From: a virus
Length of the DNA stretch: 64,000 nt
IMG/VR virus record: IMGVR_UViG_3300028590_000015
Location: 1-64,000 of that record
Strand: one strand, 5' to 3'
Both the position numbers and the translations under genes were made by a program. Shown here piece by piece: positions 15,908 to 24,156 of the stretch (position 1 is the stretch's first letter; each line of letters starts with the position of its first letter). The notes beneath the pieces were generated by a model. That model saw only the letters and a program-made list of their open reading frames with translations. It did no database searches and was not told the DNA's origin.

Positions 15908-17336
15908 GCTGGCTCTACACACCATCGAAATCTGTGCCGGAGTGGGCATGCTTGGAGAAGGACTGCGAGCCGGGCTCGCCCACCTGGGCTACACGCCTCG
16001 CACCGTCTGTCTCGTGGAGCGGGAAGCCTATCCAGCCGCGACCCTTGCAGCTCGCTGCCAAGAAGGCAGCCTGGACGATGCTCCTGTCTGGTCCGACCTG
16101 CTCACCTTCGACGCTCGACGCTGGCGTGGAGCAGTGGATTGCATCGCTGCGGGTTTCCCGTGCCAAGACCTCAGCCTGGCGGGCCGGCGTGCTGGCCTCG
16201 ATGGCAAGCGGTCGGGACTCTTCTTCGACATCCTGGACATCGCCGACGCTTGCGATGCGTGGAGCCTCTTTCTGGAGAATGTTGCAGGCATCGCTTCTGC
16301 CACAGCCACCGTTGTGGACGAAGCCGGCGCCGCCGACCATGCCGCCCACGCCCTTGAGCACGGAACTGCTCTTGTGGGTGGAGAAGATGGACGCCTACTC
16401 GAACGCGCGGCCGCCCGCGTCCTGGGGGAACTTTCCGACCGCGGGTGGGATGCGGAGTGGATCACTCTTCCAGCGTCCGACGTTGGAGCCAGCCACGGCC
16501 GCGCGAGGTGGTTCTGCTTTGCATGGCGACGGGTGGGCAACGCCGGAAGCCAGCATGATGAAGCGGGGCGACCGCAGCGCGCACATGGGAGCGAACCCGA
16601 AAGCCGGCAACGATCTGGCCACGCAGTCGCTGCACTGGATGACCCCCAGCGTCTCGAATGCGCAGGGCAACGAGTACACGCGCGATCGGGGGCAGGAGGG
16701 CTCGGAGCGCCTGACGCTGACCGGGCAGGCGAACCAGTGGGCCACGCCGACGCAGAGCGACACGACGGGCCCGAGCCTGACGGCAGGCCAGCAGGGCACG
16801 CCGAATCTGCGCACCCAGGCGGATGCCTGGCCCACCCCGCGCAGCACGGATGGCACGAAGGGCGGCCCCAACCAGGCGGGGAGCAAAGGCGACCTGATGC
16901 TTCCGAGCATGGCAGCGCAATGGCCAACGCCAAGGGCGACGGAGGCGATGCAGCAAAACAGCCGGGACAACGGCATGGCGCTGTCTGCTGCGACAGCACA
17001 ATGGCCCACCCCGGCGAGTCGGGACCACAAAGGACACGACCTACCGTCGCGCAATGGCGGGGCGAGCCTGAGCCACGCAGCGGAGACGGGGGTGTTCTCC
17101 CATTCTTCGCGCCTGGACCGTCCGACCCTCAATGGCCCGGCATCCTCGCAACTGCCCCCCACCTCGCCCCAGCGCTTGAACCCGCTTTTCGGGGAGTGGC
17201 TGATGGGATGGCCTTCGCAATGGACGAAAGCCGAGCCCAGCGCCTCAAGTGCGTCGGCAACGGCGTTGTGGCGGCGCAGGCTGGCTTCGCATTTGTCGTG
17301 CTTGCTCGACGAGCAGGGTGGGGCACTCTGACGTGA
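15900..17336 (+). CDS. Dcm-type DNA cytosine-5 methyltransferase; conserved motifs split across two reading frames (apparent double frameshift or possible pseudogene)
   Basis: Frame of 15900: motif I IEICAGVGMLGEG, IV GFPCQDLS, VI LENVAG, VIII RARWFCFAWR. Frame +1 (about 16540-17226): TRD with six W-x-T-P repeats and EWLMGWPSQWT (cf. RLMGFPD.W). Back in frame 0: SRAQRLKCVGNGVV (motif X). Confidence 0.6.
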   Translation: MRELALHTIEICAGVGMLGEGLRAGLAHLGYTPRTVCLVEREAYPAATLAARCQEGSLDDAPVWSDLLTFDARRWRGAVDCIAAGFPCQDLSLAGRRAGLDGKRSGLFFDILDIADACDAWSLFLENVAGIASATATVVDEAGAADHAAHALEHGTALVGGEDGRLLERAAARVLGELSDRGWDAEWITLPASDVGASHGRARWFCFAWRRVGNAGSQHDEAGRPQRAHGSEPESRQRSGHAVAALDDPQRLECAGQRVHARSGAGGLGAPDADRAGEPVGHADAERHDGPEPDGRPAGHAESAHPGGCLAHPAQHGWHEGRPQPGGEQRRPDASEHGSAMANAKGDGGDAAKQPGQRHGAVCCDSTMAHPGESGPQRTRPTVAQWRGEPEPRSGDGGVLPFFAPGPSDPQWPGILATAPHLAPALEPAFRGVADGMAFAMDESRAQRLKCVGNGVVAAQAGFAFVVLARRAGWGTLT

Positions 17337-18076
17337 GCAAGAAGACCGACATCTGGATGCCGCTCTACATCGGGGAGTACATGGCCGACACCATGAGCTT
17401 CACGACCGAGCAGCACGGCGCCTACATGCTGCTGCTCATGGCGTGCTGGCGCGAGAAGGGTAAGCCGCTCACCGGCACCGATCAGGACATGGCCACCATC
17501 GCGGGCCTCACGCAGCCCAAATGGCGCGCGATGAAGGACAAGCTGCTGGCGAAGTTCATCGTCTCCGAGGATGGGAAGGTCACCCACAAGCGTGGCTTGC
17601 AAGAGGTCATGCGTGCCCAGGCGGTCAGCAAAAAGCGTAGCGAAGCAGGCAAAAACGGAGCATCAAAGCGCTGGCAAAAGGATGGCAAACCGATGGCAAA
17701 TGCCATGGCAAATGGTATGGCCAACGCTTCGCAAAACGATGGACAGTCACAGTCACATACCAATTCCGTTACTACCGTAACGGGCGGCGAGCCGCCGACC
17801 GACCGCGATCTGATGTTCTCGAACGGGGTGCCGCTGCTCACCGCTGCTGGTGTCGCCGAGAAGCACGCGCGCTCGATGCTCGCCGGCCTGGCAAAGGCGC
17901 ACGGCGATGCCGCCGTGGTGCAGGCCCTCAACGACTGCGCCGCTGCCAAACCCGTGCAGCCCGTGTCCTGGCTCCAGGCCGCGCTGCGCACCACCAGCCA
18001 ATCACGCCCGGCAGGCCCGGGCAACAAGTACGCCGGCGCTGCTGCCGCGATCTTCGACGGAGCTACCCATGTCTAA
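17333..18076 (+). CDS. DUF1376 (YdaU-like) phage replication-associated protein
   Basis: IWMPLYIGEYMADTMSFTTEQHGAYMLLLMACW matches the DUF1376 N-terminus; GTGA overlap with the MTase stop (alternative ATG start at 17357). Confidence 0.65.
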   Translation: MSKKTDIWMPLYIGEYMADTMSFTTEQHGAYMLLLMACWREKGKPLTGTDQDMATIAGLTQPKWRAMKDKLLAKFIVSEDGKVTHKRGLQEVMRAQAVSKKRSEAGKNGASKRWQKDGKPMANAMANGMANASQNDGQSQSHTNSVTTVTGGEPPTDRDLMFSNGVPLLTAAGVAEKHARSMLAGLAKAHGDAAVVQALNDCAAAKPVQPVSWLQAALRTTSQSRPAGPGNKYAGAAAAIFDGATHV

Positions 18077-18677
18077 GCACATCAGCCAAGCCCTGCAGGG
18101 CGTTAACGTCGGCGCCGCGGCGCTACCGCAGGAGGAAGACCTGGGCACGGTCAAGGGCCTGTTCATGCTGTTTCACGCCTGGTACGGCACGCTGCTGCTG
18201 GCCCGCTACAACACGGGCGACGTGGGCGTCGACGGCAAGGACCGGGGCATCAAGTCCGCAATGGTGGTTTGGCAGAAGGAACTGAGCGCCTTCGACGGTG
18301 ACATCGTCCGCGAAGCCGCCGAGCGCTGCAAGGTGGACCACCCGAAGTTTCCGCCGACGCTGCCCGAGTTCGTGGCCATTTGCAAGGCGACCCAGCCACG
18401 GCGGGCCTACAGCGGGCCGATGAAGGTCGAGATGGCCGAGGGCTTGAAGTCCTCGTACACCGCGCGGGCGCGCGCCGAGGCCATGGCCAGCTACCACGCC
18501 ACCACGCGAGCGGCGGCCGGCGCGGTGCGCACCGACGCGGGCCTGGGTGGGCTGCACGTGCTGGTGGCCAGGGCCGTCGGCTTGGCCGGTGGCGATGAGG
18601 TGGCGGTGCTCCGTCGGTTCGACCGGCAGGCGCCGGCCTGTGCTGCAGGGCAGGGCACCGCGATGGGGGCCTCATGA
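18069..18677 (+). CDS. Hypothetical protein (202 aa), replication-region
   Basis: Start MSKHISQALQGVNVG; no Walker A motif, so not a DnaC-type loader. Confidence 0.55.
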   Translation: MSKHISQALQGVNVGAAALPQEEDLGTVKGLFMLFHAWYGTLLLARYNTGDVGVDGKDRGIKSAMVVWQKELSAFDGDIVREAAERCKVDHPKFPPTLPEFVAICKATQPRRAYSGPMKVEMAEGLKSSYTARARAEAMASYHATTRAAAGAVRTDAGLGGLHVLVARAVGLAGGDEVAVLRRFDRQAPACAAGQGTAMGAS

Positions 18678-19492
18678 ACTCGCGGCCCCTCGTTCGGTAC
18701 CACGGTGGCAAGTGGAAGCTCGCGCCATGGATCATCACCCACTTTCCGAACCATCGCGTCTACTGCGAGCCCTTCGGCGGTGGGGGATCTGTTCTTCTGC
18801 GCAAGCCTCGCAGTGCGGCCGAGGTTTACAACGACCTGGACGGCGAAATCGCCAACCTGTTCCGAGTGGCGCGTGACGCCGGCGAAGCGCTCGCATTGCG
18901 GTGCGAACTGACGCCCTTCGCCCGCAGCGAGTTGGTTCTGGCTTATCAGGCCAGCGCTGATCCGCTGGAGCAGGCGAGACGGACGCTGGTGCGCAGCTTT
19001 ATGGGCTTCGGCAGTGCCGCGGCGAGCGGGCAGACAACGGGATTTCGTTCCAACAGCAATAGGTCCGGCACCACCCCAGCCCATGACTGGATGAACTACC
19101 CGGACGCGCTCCGCATGACCATTCAGCGGCTCCGCGGCGTTGTGATCGAGAACCGGGACGCCATGGCATGCATGCGCCAGCACGACGCGCCTACGACGCT
19201 CCACTACGTCGATCCCCCATACGTGCACTCGACCCGGAGCCTGCGCACCAGGGCGCCTGCCTACCGGCACGAACTGGACGATGGCCAACACGGCGAATTG
19301 ATCGCAGGCCTGCGCAGCCTGGTCGGGATGGTGGTCGTGAGTGGCTACCGAAGCGACCTCTATGACGAACTGTTTTCGGACTGGCGTCGTGTGGATGTGC
19401 CGGCCCATGCCGATGGCGCGCGAGCTCGCGTCGAGTCCCTTTGGCTGTCACCGAGCTGCCGCGTGCAGTACGACCTTTTGGAGGCCGCATGA
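18674..19492 (+). CDS. dam: Dam-type N6-adenine DNA methyltransferase (D12 class)
   Basis: N-term RYHGGKWKLAPWI (Dam-family K-W-AGGK-like motif); catalytic DPPY (LHYVDPPYV). Confidence 0.85.
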   Translation: MNSRPLVRYHGGKWKLAPWIITHFPNHRVYCEPFGGGGSVLLRKPRSAAEVYNDLDGEIANLFRVARDAGEALALRCELTPFARSELVLAYQASADPLEQARRTLVRSFMGFGSAAASGQTTGFRSNSNRSGTTPAHDWMNYPDALRMTIQRLRGVVIENRDAMACMRQHDAPTTLHYVDPPYVHSTRSLRTRAPAYRHELDDGQHGELIAGLRSLVGMVVVSGYRSDLYDELFSDWRRVDVPAHADGARARVESLWLSPSCRVQYDLLEAA

Positions 19493-19708
19493 ATGCCCTG
19501 CACACACTGCACGACCGCCTCGACCCAGCGTCACTGGGGCGGCTTCAACGCCAACTGCTTGGACTGCGCCGCGCGCGTGGTGGCCAGTACCAGCCCCTCG
19601 AAGCAGCAGGCAAAGGCGATGCTCGCCGCCATCTGCCGTCGGCCTGGGCGCCCAACCCCGGCCGAGATCCTTGGCCGCGTGACCCAGATGCTGGCGAAAC
19701 GGGGCTGA
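19493..19708 (+). CDS. Small Cys-rich (zinc-ribbon-like) protein
   Basis: MPCTHCTT...NANCLDCAARVV...AAICRR; third-position GC about 90% versus about 70% for the overlapping alternative frame. Confidence 0.55.
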   Translation: MPCTHCTTASTQRHWGGFNANCLDCAARVVASTSPSKQQAKAMLAAICRRPGRPTPAEILGRVTQMLAKRG

Positions 19709-19792
19709 GCGCCGACGAGGTCAAGTTCGCCATGCAAAGGGGGCTGTTGTGATCGACGAGGCGTCGAGCGCGTACTTCTGCGAGGCCTGACC

Positions 19793-20008
19793 ATGGGTAT
19801 GCGCTGCGTCCTGTGCACACGCCCGATGTCGATCGCGGCGGTCTTCTTCGCGGGCTACCCCGTGGGCCCAGTCTGCGCGCGCCGCGCGGGCCTCACCGCA
19901 CTCGCCGCCAAGGGCACGAACAAGGTGCTCACGCTGGGCCCGGCTATGCGCTCCAAGCGCCATCAGGTCGAGGACACGCAGCTCGCGCTGCCTTTGGAGG
20001 CTCCATGA
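19793..20008 (+). CDS. Small Cys-rich protein (71 aa)
   Basis: CVLCTRP...PVGPVCARR; ATGA-coupled to next gene. Confidence 0.5.
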   Translation: MGMRCVLCTRPMSIAAVFFAGYPVGPVCARRAGLTALAAKGTNKVLTLGPAMRSKRHQVEDTQLALPLEAP

Positions 20009-20544
20009 ACGGACGCGAAGTCATCCTGCTCAACGAGAGCCACGGCCATGCCGTGGTGGCCAAGACCTTCTGGCCCTGGTGCAAGACGCAGTTGCATGAG
20101 GGTCGCCAGGTGGTGATCGGGGCGCGGCTGGCCGAGGATGTGAAAACCGACAAGCAGCGCCGCTACCTGCATGGCTACGTGCTCAAGACCATTGCGGCCC
20201 AGGCCCAGCCCAACGGCCAGAAGTTCGACATGGCGGTGTGGAAGGAGCACTTCCGCAGCGAGTTCCTGGGCTTCAAGGTGGTCACGACGGTGAACCCGAT
20301 GACGCGGAAGAAGCTGCGCCGCCGCGTGCGCGTGAGCACCGAGGACTTGGGGGTCAAGGGATACGCCGAGTACATCGAGCGCGTGACGGCATACGCAGTG
20401 ACCGAGCTGGGCGTGGAGTTCGTGGAGCAGTGGATCGACCCCGAAACCGGCGAGATCCACAACCTCACCGACATGCGCACCTACCGCCGCGCCGCACGCA
20501 AGCCTCGCGCGCCGCTGGAGTACGTGGAAGAGGTGACCGCATGA
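20005..20544 (+). CDS. NinB/Orf-family-like recombination mediator (tentative)
   Basis: VVIGARLAEDVKTDKQRRYLHGYVLKTIAA and AVWKEHFRSEF resemble lambda NinB VVTIQERNRSLDQNRKLWACL and ESWKCVFTAAL. Confidence 0.55.
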   Translation: MNGREVILLNESHGHAVVAKTFWPWCKTQLHEGRQVVIGARLAEDVKTDKQRRYLHGYVLKTIAAQAQPNGQKFDMAVWKEHFRSEFLGFKVVTTVNPMTRKKLRRRVRVSTEDLGVKGYAEYIERVTAYAVTELGVEFVEQWIDPETGEIHNLTDMRTYRRAARKPRAPLEYVEEVTA

Positions 20545-20990
20545 TCCGATCAGGCTTCAAGCGCCCGGTGATCCAGCGCGCACGCACGGTGCACAAGCCC
20601 ATCCCGCTGGACCAGCGCCGCGGTGTGATCGTCAGGGTGCCCAGCGCGCCGGCCGAACCGCAGCCCAAAGATGAGGCGCTGCAGCACGAGGGGTACATGA
20701 GCATCGTGCGCCAGTTCCCCTGCGCGCATTGCGGCCGCGCCGGACCTTCCCAGTTTTGCCATACCGACGAAGGGAAGGGCACCGGCATCAAGACCGACTG
20801 CCGCCAGGGCTGGCCAGGCTGCGGGCCCGACGGTGACCGCCCCGGCTGCCACTACCTGATCGGCACCCAGCGCATCTATGCCAAAGAGGAGCGCCGCCGC
20901 ATCGAGGCCGACATGGCCGCTCGCACGCGCGCCCTCGTTCTTTCCCTGGGCCTGTGGCCCCGCAACTTGCCCCTTTGGAGCCCGACGTGA
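20541..20990 (+). CDS. Cys/His-rich putative zinc-binding phage protein (NinG/Rap- or HNH-like region, tentative)
   Basis: FPCAHCGRAGPSQFCH...DCRQGWPGCGPDGDRPGCHYLIG. Confidence 0.55.
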   Translation: MIRSGFKRPVIQRARTVHKPIPLDQRRGVIVRVPSAPAEPQPKDEALQHEGYMSIVRQFPCAHCGRAGPSQFCHTDEGKGTGIKTDCRQGWPGCGPDGDRPGCHYLIGTQRIYAKEERRRIEADMAARTRALVLSLGLWPRNLPLWSPT

Positions 20991-21154
20991 ACGACGAAGA
21001 GTTCAGCTACCCCATGCACATGGTGGGCAGCATCACAACCCTGCCGCCGGAGCCGGAGGTCGAAGCCGTGCGCCGGCTGCATGAGGTGGTGGCCGAGGTC
21101 ACCGGCCAGCCCGTCGACGAGCCGGCCAAGCCGCGCATCGGGTTCTTGCCATGA
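20987..21154 (+). CDS. Small hypothetical protein (55 aa, GTG start), weak
   Basis: GTGA/ATGA coupling to flanking genes. Confidence 0.35.
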   Translation: MNDEEFSYPMHMVGSITTLPPEPEVEAVRRLHEVVAEVTGQPVDEPAKPRIGFLP

Positions 21155-21615
21155 AGCGCCGCCGCATCAGGCACCCCGACTACCGCAACCCGGTTGCGGC
21201 CGCCATCCTGCGCGCCGGCATCCGCCGCCAGGTGCTGGAGCTGAAAACCGCCGCCGACCTGCAGGCCTGGGACGGCGCCAATGCCGCGCGCCTCGTCAAC
21301 AGCGCGGGCCGCATGGTGTTCGTGGTGGCCCACGCCGCAACGGCCTGTGGCGTGGGCGCGGACGAGCCCGACAGCCGCATCGTGCGCGGCATGGCCGAGG
21401 CCGTCGGGGATCTCGCCGCCGATGGCGACATGGAGCGCCACCGGCCTGCCATCCAGGCCGGGCTCCTGGCCATCGACCGCCTGCTGCCCCGCTGCAACGA
21501 CTGGGCCCTCGGCCTGGGCGCGCAGGAACTCGAGCGCCTGCTGGCCAGCACCGCGGGCATGGGCACCGCAGACATTCACGCCATTTTTTACCCTCAGCAG
21601 GAGACCACGCCTTGA
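21151..21615 (+). CDS. Hypothetical protein (154 aa)
   Basis: ATGA-coupled. Confidence 0.55.
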   Translation: MKRRRIRHPDYRNPVAAAILRAGIRRQVLELKTAADLQAWDGANAARLVNSAGRMVFVVAHAATACGVGADEPDSRIVRGMAEAVGDLAADGDMERHRPAIQAGLLAIDRLLPRCNDWALGLGAQELERLLASTAGMGTADIHAIFYPQQETTP

Positions 21616-21896
21616 CCCGCCCCCGCCTCAACCTCTCAGACGCCGTGGATGACCTGGCGCCGCCACCGCCGCCGTGCTTCTTGAACCGGGCTTCCTGGAA
21701 GGAGTACCTCAAGAGCGGCGCCGCGGTGCAGAACCACAAGGGTGAGCCCAAGGTGATCCTGTTGGTGGACGGTAGCCCTGCGTTCAACCACGCGCTGGAT
21801 TTCTGCTCGGACTGCAGCACCAGTCAACGCGCTTCCATGGTCAAGCAGTCCCGTTGCGACCCCGCCCACCTCAAGAAACTCACCACACCAGCATGA
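21612..21896 (+). CDS. Hypothetical protein (94 aa; TTG or internal GTG start), uncertain start
   Basis: TTGA overlap with upstream stop; contains C-x-x-C (CSDCS). Confidence 0.4.
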   Translation: MTRPRLNLSDAVDDLAPPPPPCFLNRASWKEYLKSGAAVQNHKGEPKVILLVDGSPAFNHALDFCSDCSTSQRASMVKQSRCDPAHLKKLTTPA

Positions 21897-22114
21897 CCAC
21901 CCCAGGACTTCAAGGAACCATCGAGATCGTGCGCCGCGTCGTGAAGGAGATCGGCCCGGCCCACGCGCGCGACATCGAGCGCCACCCCGAGGTGGTGAAG
22001 GCCTGCAGGTCGAGCAAGACCAAGGCTCGCCGACACATCGAGCGCCTGGTCGCGCTGGGCCACATCCGGTCCGACGGCGCCGCCCAGATGCCCAAGTTTT
22101 CAACCAAGGAGTGA
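21893..22114 (+). CDS. Hypothetical small protein (73 aa)
   Basis: Start MTTPGLQGTIEIVRRVVKEIGP; ATGA-coupled. Confidence 0.5.
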   Translation: MTTPGLQGTIEIVRRVVKEIGPAHARDIERHPEVVKACRSSKTKARRHIERLVALGHIRSDGAAQMPKFSTKE

Positions 22115-22117
22115 CCC

Positions 22118-22501
22118 ATGTTGATGAAGGGAATGAAGTTCTTCTGTGAACGCGTGCAGTTCGGCCGCGGGGTCCGCATTTACTTGGAGCAGGAAACTGG
22201 AAACGACACAGTTGCTCGAGCTGGACCGGTGAGGCTCGCTGTGTTCCCGGCGTCGTATGCTGAGACCGTGCAGGTCGATCCATTGATGGAGGTCGACCTG
22301 ACGTCAGCGCAACAACTCATGGACGAGCTCTGGCATTGCGGGTTGCGACCCAGTGAGGGCACGGGCAGCGCGGGATCGCTCGCCGCGACCGAGCGTCACC
22401 TGGCCGACATGCGCACGGTTGCGTTCAAACTGCTGAGCGAGGAGCAGTGGCTTGCCAACCAAGCGCGCGAGCGCGGTTTTCCCGTAGAGTTGAAGCCATG
22501 A
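22118..22501 (+). CDS. Hypothetical protein (127 aa)
   Basis: ORF with coupled downstream gene. Confidence 0.55.
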   Translation: MLMKGMKFFCERVQFGRGVRIYLEQETGNDTVARAGPVRLAVFPASYAETVQVDPLMEVDLTSAQQLMDELWHCGLRPSEGTGSAGSLAATERHLADMRTVAFKLLSEEQWLANQARERGFPVELKP

Positions 22502-23265
22502 CCAAAGAGCAAATCATCGACGACCTGCTGCAGCGCAGCAAGGCCGGCATCCAGCGCGAGACCTTGGAATCGGCGTTTGAGGCTGGAGCGGCGACCGCGC
22601 GCGCTCAGAAGGCGGCTGCCGGTCGGGTGACGTTCGAGCTCGTCGTGTTGGCGTTCGTGGCGCTCATGGCGATCGCGACGGTGGCGGTGTACATCGCGAA
22701 CTTTGTTGGGCAGCCTGTCGCATCAGACGGAGGTGCCTGGGGCCAGTTCGGCGACTACATCGGCGGTTTGTTGAACCCCACCGTGGCCTTTGCGGCGCTG
22801 CTCCTCCTGTATCGCTCCATCACGCTCCAAAAGAAAGAACTCGCGGACACGAGGGACGTGCTGGCCCAACAATCAGAAAGCGCACGGTTGCAGGCCGAAC
22901 TTTCCGGGTACACCGCAGCCATCAGTGCATGTCAGGATCAGGTGCAAATTCTGCAGGGCCAGCGCCAGTTCTACATTCAACAGGTGACGAATCATGCGGG
23001 TCATGGAACCCCCATCTTCGAGGTGGATGGAACTGGCCTCAGCCTGGTGCCAGCGCTGGATGCGCTGGGCAAGTTGGAGCAGGCTATCGCAGAGGAAATG
23101 CGGTCGAAGGCGTTTTACGAGAGACGATTGCGCAAGACGTTGGGCGAGCAAGGTCTTGGAGGGCACCACTCAGAGGACAACCAGAAGGTCGAGGCACCGT
23201 TGCTCGTCAACGAGTCGCAGTTCTTTCCGCCTGAAGTGAAGCAGACTCCTGCCGGCAAGGCCTGA
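22498..23265 (+). CDS. Membrane protein, paralog A of duplicated pair (2 TM + cytoplasmic coiled coil; WGQFGDYIGG..NP motif)
   Basis: TM1 FELVVLAFVALMAIATVAVYI, loop WGQFGDYIGGLLNPTVAFAALLLLY (TM2), then coiled coil; paralogous to 24157-24738. Confidence 0.65.
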   Translation: MTKEQIIDDLLQRSKAGIQRETLESAFEAGAATARAQKAAAGRVTFELVVLAFVALMAIATVAVYIANFVGQPVASDGGAWGQFGDYIGGLLNPTVAFAALLLLYRSITLQKKELADTRDVLAQQSESARLQAELSGYTAAISACQDQVQILQGQRQFYIQQVTNHAGHGTPIFEVDGTGLSLVPALDALGKLEQAIAEEMRSKAFYERRLRKTLGEQGLGGHHSEDNQKVEAPLLVNESQFFPPEVKQTPAGKA

Positions 23266-23516
23266 TGCTCGCCATACACGTGGCCCCGCTTTCACCGTTG
23301 ACATTCGGAGAACGTGGCCTACGATTCACGTGCGCCCGCTGGCACCGACGGGTGGAAGGAAATCGGAGCGCCACATAACACCCCGCCGAGAGAGGCACTA
23401 GGGGTTTTGGCGAACCCGGGGCTTCGGCCCCGGGCGAGCCTCTTACCTCGAAGGCCGTGCTGCCCCCAAGCTGTGAATCGCAAGAAGTCTCCCCGGCGGG
23501 GGGGCGTAGGAAAACA

Positions 23517-23540
23517 AGCCCGCATCGCGCGGGCTTTTTC
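23517..23540. terminator. Bidirectional rho-independent terminator
   Basis: GCCCGCATCGCGCGGGC stem followed by TTTTT on plus and TTGTTTT on minus; lies between convergent genes. Confidence 0.6.
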
Positions 23541-23895
23541 ACGGCTTGCGGCGGATCAACTCCACAGGGCCAGGACCGCGATAGATCTCCTGCTGGATGA
23601 TGCCCTTGTGGCGCACGACCACCTCCTTGCCCGAGGACTTGTCGACGACGTAGTAGTCCAGTGGCAGGTGCAGGAACATGTCGAGGGTCTTGCCCCGGTT
23701 GCTTGGGTCGGGGTGCCGCAGGTAGGTCCGCTCTCCCCGCGGGCTCTGTTCCGTGGACGCTTCCCACATGGCAAGTCGTTCTTTGTCCTCGGCGGTGGGC
23801 TTGAAGCCTGGCGGGAACGGTGGGAAGTCGGTGTTCAGCCAGAACTCTGGCTCGTCCATGTCGTTGTCGTCTTCGTTTTCCTCGTCGCGTGACAT
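23539..23895 (-). CDS. Small protein, paralog A (C-terminal LRHP...YRGPGPVE motif)
   Basis: 118 aa; acidic N-terminus; C-terminus RHPDPSNRGKTLDMFLHLPLDYYVV...YRGPGPVELIRRKP is paralogous to the 23906-24118 product; AGGAG SD. Confidence 0.6.
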   Translation of the reverse strand: MSRDEENEDDNDMDEPEFWLNTDFPPFPPGFKPTAEDKERLAMWEASTEQSPRGERTYLRHPDPSNRGKTLDMFLHLPLDYYVVDKSSGKEVVVRHKGIIQQEIYRGPGPVELIRRKP

Positions 23896-23905
23896 CGTGG
23901 ATCTC

Positions 23906-24118
23906 CTAGCAGGGGGCGGGTGACCTGACCACTTCGACAGGCCCAGGCCCAGCGTACACCGTTGTGCCGGTTTCCGTCTCGATCACCACCCACCAGTCGG
24001 CCTCGGTGCGGTGCACCTTGTAGGCCTCCGGTGCCAGGGGCAGCACCTCCTCGCCGAGCATCCGGCGCGGCGCAAGGATTGGGTGCCGCAGCAGCGTGGG
24101 GTGGGCTTGCGCGCTCAT
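23906..24118 (-). CDS. Small protein, paralog B (LRHP...YAGPGPVE motif)
   Basis: 70 aa MSAQAHPTLLRHPILAPRRMLGEEVLPLAPEAYKV...YAGPGPVEVVRSP; tandem with and upstream of paralog A. Confidence 0.55.
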   Translation of the reverse strand: MSAQAHPTLLRHPILAPRRMLGEEVLPLAPEAYKVHRTEADWWVVIETETGTTVYAGPGPVEVVRSPAPC

Positions 24119-24156
24119 GCGAGTATTCTTGCTGCTATCCAATACGAGGGATGACT

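Noticed and set aside
16028-17162. Long minus-strand ORFs (323 aa, 255 aa, 191 aa) antisense to the methyltransferase
   Set aside because: Arg/Pro/Ser-rich nonsense composition; antisense to a gene with conserved motifs
15751-17331. 526-aa ORF in the +1 frame of the methyltransferase locus as a separate gene
   Set aside because: Its only protein-like part (W-x-T-P repeats, EWLMGWP) is the expected TRD/C-terminal region of the same C5-MTase; treated as the frameshifted continuation, not an independent gene
19489-19752. Alternative frame (MNALHTLHDRL..., 87 aa) overlapping the Cys-rich small gene
   Set aside because: Third-position GC about 70% versus about 90% for the chosen frame (19493-19708), which also has a regular Cys pattern
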